DNA from: Acidobacteriota bacterium
Lineage (GTDB): Bacteria; Acidobacteriota; Thermoanaerobaculia; UBA5066; Gp7-AA6
Length of the DNA stretch: 64,000 nucleotides
Direction of reading: 5' to 3'
Assembly: GCA_027307335.1 (NCBI GenBank)
Contig: DAHUXD010000054.1
Span: forward strand, 4,611 to 68,610
Part shown: positions 1 to 9,841 of the stretch, in pieces
Layout of the letters: every line of letters begins with the position of its first letter
How positions within the stretch are numbered: the stretch's first letter is position 1
Translations under genes and position numbers: made by a program
Notes under the pieces: model-generated
Told to the model about the DNA's origin: nothing
What the model saw: only the letters and a program-made list of their open reading frames with translations
The model's database searches: none

Positions 1-5
1 TCGGA

Positions 6-1463
6 ATGGTCGTCGCGAGCTCCGTCAACATCACCCCGCGTTCGGAGGCGCAGCACGAGGCGTCGGCCCCCCGGGCCCACGCCACGACCCCCGGCGCCCC
101 GTCCTTCGCCGACATCGCCCAGGAGGCGATGCCGTCCGTCGTGTCCATCACCTCGACGGACATCGTGAAGGGCAGCCAGGGCCGGCGTTACTCGAATCCG
201 TTCGGCGGCGACGGCGGCGGCGATCCGTTCGAGTTCTTCTTCGGGCCGGGCAATCCGCACGGCCGGCAGCAGAACGACGACGAGGAGCACAAGCAGGTGC
301 AGGGCGGCACCGGTTTCATCATCTCGGACGACGGCTACATCGTCACCAACAACCACGTGATCGAGGGGGCGGACAAGATCGAGGTGAGGATCAACAACAA
401 GGAGAAGTACACGGCCAAGCTCATCGGCCACGACACCGCGACCGATCTCGCGCTGATCAAGGTCGAGACCAAGCAGCGCCTGACGCCGCTCCCGCTCGGC
501 GACTCCGAGCGGCTGCGCGTCGGCGAGTGGGTGATGGCCATCGGCGATCCGCTCGCGTTCGACAAGACCGTCACCGTCGGCGTCGTGTCGGCCAAGCAGC
601 GGTCCGGCCTGACCGCCGACCCGGCCACGCGATCCTTCGAGAACTACATCCAGACCGATGCGGCCATCAACTTCGGCAACTCCGGCGGCCCGCTGATCAA
701 CGTCAACGGCGAGGTCATCGGCATCAACACCGCGATCTTCCGCCCCGCGCAGAACATCGGGTTCGCGGTTCCGGTGAACACGCTCAAGCAGGTCCTTCCC
801 CAGCTCCGCGAGAAGGGAAAGGTCACGCGCGGGTTCCTCGGCATCAACATCGTCAACGTGGACTCCGATCGCGCCGCGGCCTTCAACCTGAAGACCGAGG
901 ACGGTGCCTTCGTCGAGTCGGTCGAGTCCGGCAAGCCCGCCGACAAGGCGGGCGTGAAGCCGGGCGACACGATCGTCAAGGTGGACAGCGTGCCGGTCAA
1001 GGAGACCCGCGACCTCATCGGCTACGTCTCCGGCAAGGCCCCGGGCAGCAAGGTGCAGCTCGAGGTGATCCGCGACGGCAAGCCCGTGGAGTTGACGGCG
1101 AACCTCGCCGAGCGCAAGGACGAAACCTCCGGGAAGGAGCCCGAGAAGACGGCCTCCGACGACTCGCACGAGCGGATCGGCATCCAGGTCACCGAGCTGA
1201 CGCCGCAGGTGCGGCAGATGGAGCGCCTCAAGGCGGACGTCAACGGTCTGCTCGTCGTGCACGTCAAGGAGGTCTCCGCCGCGGCCGACGCCGGCATCCA
1301 GGAGGGCGACATCATCACGCAGGTCAACGGGCAGAAGGTCGGTTCGACCGAGGACTTCGGCAAAGTGGTGTCTCGCGCCAAGAAGGGCGATTACCTGAAG
1401 CTGTACGTCTACCACCCGAGGGCGAACGTCTCGACCTTCGCCCTGGTCAAGATCGGCGACTGA
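6..1463 (+). CDS. DegP/HtrA (Do family) serine protease with two PDZ domains; true start probably upstream of the window
   Basis: TNNHV, DLA and GNSGG catalytic triad motifs, followed by two PDZ-like domains (RGFLGI, ERIGIQV). Confidence 0.93.
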   Translation: MVVASSVNITPRSEAQHEASAPRAHATTPGAPSFADIAQEAMPSVVSITSTDIVKGSQGRRYSNPFGGDGGGDPFEFFFGPGNPHGRQQNDDEEHKQVQGGTGFIISDDGYIVTNNHVIEGADKIEVRINNKEKYTAKLIGHDTATDLALIKVETKQRLTPLPLGDSERLRVGEWVMAIGDPLAFDKTVTVGVVSAKQRSGLTADPATRSFENYIQTDAAINFGNSGGPLINVNGEVIGINTAIFRPAQNIGFAVPVNTLKQVLPQLREKGKVTRGFLGINIVNVDSDRAAAFNLKTEDGAFVESVESGKPADKAGVKPGDTIVKVDSVPVKETRDLIGYVSGKAPGSKVQLEVIRDGKPVELTANLAERKDETSGKEPEKTASDDSHERIGIQVTELTPQVRQMERLKADVNGLLVVHVKEVSAAADAGIQEGDIITQVNGQKVGSTEDFGKVVSRAKKGDYLKLYVYHPRANVSTFALVKIGD

Positions 1464-1490
1464 CGCCGACCCGCTTCGAAGATTTCCCGA

Positions 1491-1518
1491 GCCGCGCCCG
1501 CCGCAAGGCGGGCGCGGC
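1491..1518 (+). terminator. GC-rich hairpin after the protease gene (possible terminator or stabiliser; no U-tract)
   Basis: Perfect 12-bp stem GCCGCGCCCGCC-GCAA-GGCGGGCGCGGC. Confidence 0.55.
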
Positions 1519-1589
1519 CGTCTGGAGCGGATCGGCAAGGGAATGACCGGCAGGGAATAACCGCGACCCGGCGAATGTAGGGGAGGGCG

Positions 1590-2954
<1,365 letters not shown>

Positions 2955-2958
2955 TAAA

Positions 2959-3011
2959 GGGTCGCCCCCCTCTCCCCTTGGGAGAGGGGGTAGGGGTGAG
3001 GGGGAGCGACC
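2959..3011. repeat. REP-like palindromic element (CCCCTCTCCC-N3-GGGAGAGGGG-TAGGGGTGAGGG type)
   Basis: Inner palindrome CCCCTCTCCC/GGGAGAGGGG, with flanking inverted GGTCGC/GCGACC. Confidence 0.65.
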
Positions 3012-3061
3012 GCCACCGCCGGACCCCTCTTCCTCAGAGTCGCTCCGGTAAGATCCGCCCC

Positions 3062-3631
3062 GTGATCACCCTCCGGGACTTCGAGGAAACCGGCGCTCTC
3101 CTCACCGGGCACTTCCGCCTCTCGAGCGGCCTCCACTCGGACCGCTATCTCCAGTGCGCGCGGCTCCTCATGTTTCCCGACCGCGCCGAACGGGCCGGCC
3201 AGGAGCTCGCGCACAAGCTCCGCGCCTTCTCGCCGAGGGCGGTCGTCTCGCCGGCGCTCGGCGGCGTGATCATCGGCCACGAGACCGCGCGCGCCCTCCG
3301 GATTCCGGCGATGTTCGTCGAGAGGAAGGACGGCGCCTTCGCGCTCCGGCGGGGTTTCGCGCTCGACCGCGGCGAGCCGGTGGTCGTGGTCGAGGACGTG
3401 TTCACGACCGGCAAGTCGACGCGCGAGGCGTCGGCCGCCGTGGAGACGGCGGGAGGACGCGTCCTCGCCGTCGGCTCCATCGTGGACCGGGGTCTTCCCG
3501 CGGGCGCCTTCGCCGTGCCCTCCCGCTCGCTGCTCTCCCTGTCGGTGCCGTCCTGGCCGGAGGCGGAGTGCCCGCTCTGCCGTCAGGGCGTTGCGATCGA
3601 CGCGCCCGGCAGCCGGTTCCAGAAGGGCTGA
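3062..3631 (+). CDS. pyrE: Orotate phosphoribosyltransferase (GTG start, probably leaderless)
   Basis: GHFRLSSGLHS..YLQCA and VVEDVFTTGKS PRPP motif. The ORF-track extension from 2645 is spurious. Confidence 0.92.
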   Translation: MITLRDFEETGALLTGHFRLSSGLHSDRYLQCARLLMFPDRAERAGQELAHKLRAFSPRAVVSPALGGVIIGHETARALRIPAMFVERKDGAFALRRGFALDRGEPVVVVEDVFTTGKSTREASAAVETAGGRVLAVGSIVDRGLPAGAFAVPSRSLLSLSVPSWPEAECPLCRQGVAIDAPGSRFQKG

Positions 3632-3652
3632 CGCGCCGCGAAGGCGACGCGA

Positions 3653-4378
3653 TCAGGCCGCGCCGAGCTCCTTCGCGAGCGCGCGCAGGAGCGCGCCGCC
3701 GTCGCCCTTCCAGGCGCTCCCGTGCATGCACGCGAGCGTCGTGGGCTCGGTCGCGGCGATCTTCGCGAGAATCGGCCCGGCATTCTTCGAGTGCGAGTAG
3801 TAGTCCATCGGCTTCCGGAACGCTTCGCTCGGCGCGAGGATGTCGGACTCGGTGACCGCGGTCTCGCCGGTGCCGCCCTGCGTGAAGAGGTCGCCGCAGA
3901 GGAGCGTCCTCGTCGTCTCCTCGAACAGGAACCCGGTCTCCCACCCGTGCGGAACGTGGGGTGCATCGATCCACTGCATGACGCGCTTTCCGAGGCGGAG
4001 CCGCTCGCCGTCCGCGAGAGCGCGCGGCGCGCGGTCGGCGAAGTCTTCGACCGACACCATGGCGGCGACCTGGCCGCAGACGGGCGCCGCGGCCGGCGCG
4101 GCGGCGAGCAGCAGATTGAGCGAGCCGCACTCGTCGGACTCGAAGTGCGAGAACGCGACGTGGCGGAGGCGCTCGACCGGCACGACGCTCGCGATCGCCT
4201 CGCGCACGAGCGGGAACATGCGCTTCAGCCCCGTGTGGAAGAGCAGCGGCTCGTCGTCGACGACCAGGTACTGGTTGAACGAGAAGCCGCCCGGGACGAG
4301 GGACAGCGGGGTCGAGATCCGATAGATGCCGTCGGCCACCTCGTGGACGTTCGTGCCCGATTCGGAATTGGTGATCAT
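3653..4378 (-). CDS. Metallo-beta-lactamase-fold protein (FprA/ODP-like)
   Basis: SHFESDECG, HVPHGW, GDLF and CMHG motifs. ATG at 4378 follows a GGAGGG SD. Confidence 0.85.
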   Translation of the reverse strand: MITNSESGTNVHEVADGIYRISTPLSLVPGGFSFNQYLVVDDEPLLFHTGLKRMFPLVREAIASVVPVERLRHVAFSHFESDECGSLNLLLAAAPAAAPVCGQVAAMVSVEDFADRAPRALADGERLRLGKRVMQWIDAPHVPHGWETGFLFEETTRTLLCGDLFTQGGTGETAVTESDILAPSEAFRKPMDYYSHSKNAGPILAKIAATEPTTLACMHGSAWKGDGGALLRALAKELGAA

Positions 4379-4434
4379 CCGCGTCCCTCCGCTCCGGATT
4401 GTACGCACGCGCCGGCGTCCCGTAAGATGGCGGC

Positions 4435-5013
4435 ATGGACTTGAAGAACGTCTGCGTCTACTGCGGATCGAGCCCGACGCTCGATCCCGCCGTCGAGAAG
4501 GAGATCCGGGCGTTCGGGAGCGCGCTCGCGACGCGGGGCGTCGGGCTCGTCTACGGGGGCGCCTCGCGCGGACTCATGGGCGCGATCGCCGACGAGGTGC
4601 TCGCGGCCGGCGGCAAGGTGACGGGGATCATCCCGAAGGCCCTCGAGGGCCGCGAGGCGGCGCACCGCGGACTGACGGAGCTGAAGGTCGTCGGCACGAT
4701 GCACGAGCGCGAGCAGCTGATGTTCGATCTCTCCGACGCCTTCGTCGCGTTCCCGGGCGGCTACGGAACGATGGAGGAGATCATCGAGATGATCACGTGG
4801 AAGCAGATGGGCATCCACGGCAAGCCCATCGTGATCGCCAACATCGGCGGCTACTTCTCTCCGCTGCTCCAGCAGTTCGAGCTCGCGGTGCAGAAGAAGT
4901 ACGCCCGCACCGAGGACCGGATCCTTTTCGGCGTCGCCGACTCGACGAAGGCGGTCCTGACCTTTCTCGAGGGCGCGCCGGTGCTGTCGAGGAAGGCGGG
5001 AGACTGGGCCTGA
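4435..5013 (+). CDS. LOG family nucleotide phosphoribohydrolase (TIGR00730-like)
   Basis: VCVYCGSS, LVYGG..GLMG and PGGYGTMEE motifs. Confidence 0.9.
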   Translation: MDLKNVCVYCGSSPTLDPAVEKEIRAFGSALATRGVGLVYGGASRGLMGAIADEVLAAGGKVTGIIPKALEGREAAHRGLTELKVVGTMHEREQLMFDLSDAFVAFPGGYGTMEEIIEMITWKQMGIHGKPIVIANIGGYFSPLLQQFELAVQKKYARTEDRILFGVADSTKAVLTFLEGAPVLSRKAGDWA

Positions 5014-5032
5014 CCGTCGCCTCCGCTCCGGG

Positions 5033-5173
5033 ACGGAATCTGCGCCTTCGGCGCACCGGCCGGCGGCTCGCGGGCCACGCTCGACCGCCGGCCTGATTCC
5101 GCCGCGTCGCTCCGGCTCCCGCGGCGTGAGCCTCCTCCCTCGCTTCGCTCGGGAGACTTCTCACGCCGCGAGC
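5033..5173. repeat. Multi-hairpin REP/REPIN-like intergenic element
   Basis: Nested stems: CGGAATC/GATTCCG enclosing TGCGCC-TTC-GGCGCA, and CGCGGCGTGAG/CTCACGCCGCG enclosing CTCCCTCGCTTCGCTCGGGAG. Confidence 0.55.
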
Positions 5174-5366
5174 TGATGTTTCAGCTCGGCCGATGAAATC
5201 CGGAACGTCGGATCGTTTGCCACCAGATCGCCCCTCTGGTAAATTCCGCCGTCCCGGTGCTTCATGGCCCGGGAAGGATCTTTCACAACCAGGGACGAGG
5301 GCCGGGATCTAAATGCCCCTGCGGGCTTCCGGCCGGCAGCCCCCCGGGAAACCGGGATCGAAGAAC

Positions 5367-5441
<75 letters not shown>

Positions 5442-5457
5442 AGATTCTTCGACGCAC

Positions 5458-5533
5458 AGGCGCTTAGCTCAGCCGGGAGAGCGCTTCCTTCACACGGAAG
5501 AGGTCAGCGGTTCGATCCCGCTAGCGCCTACCA
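5458..5533 (+). tRNA. tRNA-Val (CAC)
   Basis: Acceptor stem AGGCGCT/AGCGCCT, anticodon arm CTTCC-TTCACAC-GGAAG, GGTTCGATCCC, encoded CCA. Confidence 0.97.
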
Positions 5534-5545
5534 GTAGACGGTTCG

Positions 5546-5577
5546 AAACGCGGGGAGTGCCCGCGTTTTTGTTTTTT
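5546..5577 (+). terminator. Intrinsic terminator after the tRNA-Val pair, immediately upstream of thrS
   Basis: AAACGCGGG-GAGTG-CCCGCGTTT followed by TTGTTTTTT. Confidence 0.8.
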
Positions 5578-5597
5578 GGGAAGAGAGTAAGGAGAGA

Positions 5598-7550
5598 ATG
5601 GAAGCCCTGGCGCACACGGTCACGCTCACATTGCCCGACGGCTCGACGCGCGCGGTCCCGTCCGGGACCACCGTGCGCGAGATCGCCGAGGGCATCGGAC
5701 CGCGCCTCGCGAAGGATGCGCTCGCCGGCAAGCTCGACGGGCGCCTCGTCGACCTCTCGGCGCGCGTCGAGAGCGACGCGAGAGTCGAGATCGTCACGCC
5801 GAAGTCGCCGGACGCGCTGCCTCTCTACCGCCACTCGACCGCGCACCTGACGGCGAACGCGGTGAAGCGTCTCTTCCCCACGGTCCAGATCGGAATCGGC
5901 CCCGCGATCGAGGACGGCTACTACTACGACTTCAACCCCGAGCGGCCCTTCACGCCCGAGGACCTGTCGGCGATCGACGCCGAGATGCGGAAGATCATCG
6001 CCGAGGACAATCCGGTCGAACGCCTCGAAATGTCGAAGGAGGAGGCGATCCGGATCTTCGAGGGCCAGAAGGATTCTCTGAAGGTCGAGATCATCCGGGG
6101 CATCCCCGACGACCGGGTCTCCTGCTATCGCCAGAAGGACTTCATCGATCTCTGCCGCGGACCGCACGTCCCCTCGACGGGCAAGCTCGGCGTCTTCAAG
6201 CTCACGCACACGGCGGGCGCCTACTGGAAGGGCGACGAGAAGAACCCGATGCTCCAGCGGATCTACGCCGCCTGCTTCCTCACGCAGAAGGAGCTCGACG
6301 ATCACCTCCGGCGGATCGAGGAGGCGAAGGCCCGCGACCACCGGAAGCTCGGCAAGGAGCTCGACCTCTTCTCCTTCCACCCCTGGGCGCCCGCGTCGCC
6401 CTTCTTCCACCCGAAGGGCGCGGTCCTGTACAACGAGCTCCTCGAGTACCTGCGGGCCGAGTATCGGAAGCGCGGCTACCAGGAGGTTCTGACGCCCCAG
6501 ATCTTCGACGCCGAGCTCTTCAAGCTCTCCGGCCACTACCAGAACTACCACGAGAACATGTACTGGACGGAGATCGACGAGCGCGAGTTCGGCGTCAAGC
6601 CGATGAACTGTCCCGGCCACTTCCTGCTCTTCCAGACGCGGCTGTGGTCCTACCGGGATCTGCCCGTTCGGTTCGCGGACTTCGGCCGCCTCCACCGCTA
6701 CGAGCTCTCGGGCGTGACCGCGGGACTGACGCGCGTGCGCTCGTTCTCGCAGGACGATGCGCACATCTTCACGCCCTTCGAGCACGTCGAGAGCGAGATC
6801 TTCCGCTTCCTCGAGTTCACGGACGCGGTCTACGGCGCGTTCGGCTTCACGGACGTGGAGATCTCGCTCGGCCTCCGGCCGGAGAAGCGCATCGGTACCG
6901 ACGACCAGTGGGACCGCGGCGAGACGGCGCTCGCGGCGGCGCTCGAGAAGTCGGGGCGCAACCACGTCGTCACGCCCGGCGACGGCGCGTTCTACGGCCC
7001 GAAGATCGATTTCCGCGTGAAGGACGCCCTCGGTCGGCCGTGGCAGCTCGGGACGATCCAGTGCGACTTCGAGCACGCCGAGAGCTTCGACTTGACCTAC
7101 ATCGGCGAGGACGGAAAGGCGCACCGGCCCGTCATCATGCACCGCGCCATCCTGGGATCGTTCGAGCGGTTCATCGGGATCCTGATCGAGCACACGGCGG
7201 GCAACTTCCCCTTCTGGATCTCGCCCGTGCAGGCCGTGGTGATCCCGGTGTCCGACCGCTTCGCGGAGGCGGCGCGGGGCGTCGCCGCGAGGCTGTCGGC
7301 GGCGGGCCTGCGGGTCGAGTGCGACGACCGCAACGAGAAGCTCGGCGCCCGCATCCGGCGGGCCGAGCTGCTGAAGTCCCCTTGCATGCTCGTCGTGGGC
7401 GAGAAGGAGGCGGCCGCCGGCACGGTGGCCGTTCGTCTTCGCCACGGTGGCGATGCGGGAACCATGTCGATCGAGGCGTTCCTCTCGGCCGCCGCCGCGG
7501 CGGCCGCGGGACGAAAGCAGGAACTGACGACGGAGGTGAAAGATCGATAA
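5598..7550 (+). CDS. thrS: Threonine--tRNA ligase
   Basis: TGS domain, HSTAH, DLCRGPH, RDHRKLG, KPMNCPGH, FYGPKID and HRAILGS motifs. Confidence 0.98.
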   Translation: MEALAHTVTLTLPDGSTRAVPSGTTVREIAEGIGPRLAKDALAGKLDGRLVDLSARVESDARVEIVTPKSPDALPLYRHSTAHLTANAVKRLFPTVQIGIGPAIEDGYYYDFNPERPFTPEDLSAIDAEMRKIIAEDNPVERLEMSKEEAIRIFEGQKDSLKVEIIRGIPDDRVSCYRQKDFIDLCRGPHVPSTGKLGVFKLTHTAGAYWKGDEKNPMLQRIYAACFLTQKELDDHLRRIEEAKARDHRKLGKELDLFSFHPWAPASPFFHPKGAVLYNELLEYLRAEYRKRGYQEVLTPQIFDAELFKLSGHYQNYHENMYWTEIDEREFGVKPMNCPGHFLLFQTRLWSYRDLPVRFADFGRLHRYELSGVTAGLTRVRSFSQDDAHIFTPFEHVESEIFRFLEFTDAVYGAFGFTDVEISLGLRPEKRIGTDDQWDRGETALAAALEKSGRNHVVTPGDGAFYGPKIDFRVKDALGRPWQLGTIQCDFEHAESFDLTYIGEDGKAHRPVIMHRAILGSFERFIGILIEHTAGNFPFWISPVQAVVIPVSDRFAEAARGVAARLSAAGLRVECDDRNEKLGARIRRAELLKSPCMLVVGEKEAAAGTVAVRLRHGGDAGTMSIEAFLSAAAAAAAGRKQELTTEVKDR

Positions 7551-8082
7551 GAAGAGCATTCGCATCAACGAACAGATCCGGTGGAAGGAAGTCCGACTGA
7601 TCGGCGCCGAGGGAGAAGCGCTCGGCGTGGTAACGATGTCGGACGCGCTCCAGAAGGCGCGCGAGGCGGCGCTCGATCTGGTCGAGATCGCCCCGACGGC
7701 GCAGCCGCCGGTCTGCCGGATCATGAACTTCGGGAAGTTCATCTACCAGCAGAAGAAGAAGCAGCAGGATTCGAAGAAGAAGCAGAAGACGACGCAGGTC
7801 AAGGAAGTCAAGTTCCGCCCGAACATCGACGACCACGACTACGAGTTCAAGATGAAGAACATCGAGAAATTTCTGGCGCACGGCGACAAGGTGAAGGCCA
7901 CCGTGCAGTTCCGCGGCCGCGAGATGGCGCGCCGGGAGAACGGCCAGAAGGTGCTCGATCGTCTCCTGACGGACCTGTCGGGAAAGGCGGTGGCCGAGTC
8001 CCGTTCCGAGATGCTCGGGAACCGGCTCTACCAGATCCTCTCGCCGGTCCGGCACGAAAAGGGAACCAAGGCCGCGGGTTGA
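7543..8082 (+). CDS. infC: Translation initiation factor IF-3, non-canonical AUC start
   Basis: In-frame upstream of 7627 reads ATC GAT AAG AAG AGC ATT CGC ATC AAC GAA CAG ATC ([12 protein letters not shown], the IF3 N-terminus). GGAGG at 7532-7536 lies 6 nt before ATC 7543. Confidence 0.93.
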   Translation: MDKKSIRINEQIRWKEVRLIGAEGEALGVVTMSDALQKAREAALDLVEIAPTAQPPVCRIMNFGKFIYQQKKKQQDSKKKQKTTQVKEVKFRPNIDDHDYEFKMKNIEKFLAHGDKVKATVQFRGREMARRENGQKVLDRLLTDLSGKAVAESRSEMLGNRLYQILSPVRHEKGTKAAG

Positions 8083-8107
8083 TCGCGGCCGCCTGAGGGA
8101 GAGACAC

Positions 8108-8305
8108 ATGCCGAAGCTGAAGACGCATCGCGGAGCCGCGAAGCGGTTCCGAAAGACCGCGTCCGGAAAGTTCAAGAGGGCGAAGGCCTTCAAGAGCCAC
8201 ATCCTCACGAAGAAGGCGCCCGGGAGAAAGCGCGGACTCGCGCAGGGGACGAGCGTTTCGAAGGCGGACACCAAGGGCGTCCGCGAGATGCTGCCCTACG
8301 CGTAG
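8108..8305 (+). CDS. rpmI: 50S ribosomal protein L35
   Basis: [15 protein letters not shown]-terminus; position after infC. Confidence 0.98.
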   Translation: MPKLKTHRGAAKRFRKTASGKFKRAKAFKSHILTKKAPGRKRGLAQGTSVSKADTKGVREMLPYA

Positions 8306-8383
8306 GCCGGTTCGCGCGGCGGCGGAACGCCGCGAAGCGCGCGGGAGCGCCGCGTCGAAGAAACGAAAACCAAGGAGAAAACG

Positions 8384-8746
8384 ATGCCTCGCGTAAAGAG
8401 GGGACCCAAGAGAAAGAATCGCCGGTCGAAAACGCTGGCGCTCGCCAAGGGGTACTACGGCACCAAGTCGAAGTCGTACCGGATGGCGAAGCTCCAGGTG
8501 GAGAAGTCGCTCGTCTACGCGTACCGGGACCGGAAGGCGAAGAAGCGCGACTTCCGCGGCCTCTGGATCGTGCGGATCAACGCCGCGGCCCGCGAGCACG
8601 AGATCTCGTACTCGAAGCTCGTCGACGGCCTGAAGAAGGCCGGCAACGAGATCAATCGGAAGATGCTGGCGGACCTCGCCGTCTCGGACCCGGCCGCATT
8701 CGGCCACCTCGTCGGCGTCGCCAAGCAGGCGCTGAAGATCGCCTGA
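8384..8746 (+). CDS. rplT: 50S ribosomal protein L20
   Basis: MPRVKRG, AKGYYG and YAYRDRK..KRDFR.LWI.RINAA motifs. Confidence 0.98.
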   Translation: MPRVKRGPKRKNRRSKTLALAKGYYGTKSKSYRMAKLQVEKSLVYAYRDRKAKKRDFRGLWIVRINAAAREHEISYSKLVDGLKKAGNEINRKMLADLAVSDPAAFGHLVGVAKQALKIA

Positions 8747-8755
8747 CGTTGGAAC

Positions 8756-8783
8756 GCGGACGGCTGACCGCAGACGGCTGACG
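8756..8783. repeat. Heptamer tandem repeat (GC[A/T/G]GAC[G/C]) x4
   Basis: GCGGACG GCTGACC GCAGACG GCTGACG between rplT and pheS. Confidence 0.6.
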
Positions 8784-8788
8784 GCAAC

Positions 8789-9841
8789 GTGGCGTCCGAT
8801 CCCATCCAGGCGCTGCTCGGCTCCTTCCGGGAGGAGATCGGGAGAGGTGTATCGACCCGCGGCGAGTTCGAGCGGCTGAAGGGCCGGTTCCTCGGCCGGG
8901 AAAAAGGGCTCGTGCCCGAGCTCTTCGCGCGGCTGAAGACGCTCCCGCCGGGAGAGCGCGGCGCGTTCGGGGCGCGCGCGAACGCGGCGAAGACGGAGAT
9001 CGAGGAGGCCGTCCGGCGCCTCGGCGCGGAGCTCGAGAGGCGGGAGGCGGCTTCGCGCGACCGCGCCGCCGCGGTGGACGTCACGCTCCCGGGCCGGCGC
9101 CCGCGGCGCGGAGGTTTGCACCCGATCACGGTCGTCCGCCGCCGGATCGAGGACATCTTCCTGCGCATGGGCTACTCGATCGCCGACGGTCCGGAGCTCG
9201 AGAACGATTTCCACAACTTCGAGGCGTTGAACTTCCCGCCGGAGCACCCCGCGCGGGACGCGCAGGACACGCTGCTCGTCGATCGGCCCGCGGCCTCGCC
9301 GCTGCTCCTGCGCACGCACACCTCGCCGGTCCAGATCCGCGAGATGCGGAAGCACGGAGCGCCGCTGCGCCTCATCGTGCCGGGGCGCGTCTACCGCAAG
9401 GACGAGGTCGACGCGACGCACTCGCCGGTCTTCCACCAGGTGGAGGGTCTCGTCGTCGACCACGGCATCTCCATGGCGGACCTGAAGGGAACGATCGCGG
9501 CGTTCCTCGAGGCGCTCTTCGGGAAGGGAACGAAGACCCGATTCATCCCGACGTTTTTCCCCTTCGTCGAGCCGGGCGTCGACGTCTCGATGACGTGCAT
9601 CTTCTGCAGGGGCGACGGGTGTCCGAAGTGCAAGGGCTCGGGCTGGATCGAGATCATGGGCGCCGGCATGGTGCACCCGCGCGTGCTGCAGGGCGTCGCG
9701 ATCGATCCCGAGGAGTACACGGGGTTCGCGTTCGGGCTCGGCATCGACCGCGTCGCGCTCCTGAAGTACGGCTTCCCGGACCTCCGCCTCCTCTTCGAGG
9801 GCGACGAGCGCTTCCTCGCCCAGTTCGCGGGGGAGGCATGA
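8789..9841 (+). CDS. pheS: Phenylalanine--tRNA ligase alpha subunit
   Basis: HPARD.QDT, LLRTHTSPVQ, FHQVEGL, FFPFVEP and GFAFGLG motifs. Confidence 0.97.
   Translation: MASDPIQALLGSFREEIGRGVSTRGEFERLKGRFLGREKGLVPELFARLKTLPPGERGAFGARANAAKTEIEEAVRRLGAELERREAASRDRAAAVDVTLPGRRPRRGGLHPITVVRRRIEDIFLRMGYSIADGPELENDFHNFEALNFPPEHPARDAQDTLLVDRPAASPLLLRTHTSPVQIREMRKHGAPLRLIVPGRVYRKDEVDATHSPVFHQVEGLVVDHGISMADLKGTIAAFLEALFGKGTKTRFIPTFFPFVEPGVDVSMTCIFCRGDGCPKCKGSGWIEIMGAGMVHPRVLQGVAIDPEEYTGFAFGLGIDRVALLKYGFPDLRLLFEGDERFLAQFAGEA

Noticed and set aside
5534..5597. T-box riboswitch for thrS
   Set aside because: No T-box consensus (GGTGGNACCGCG) and no room for a stem I.
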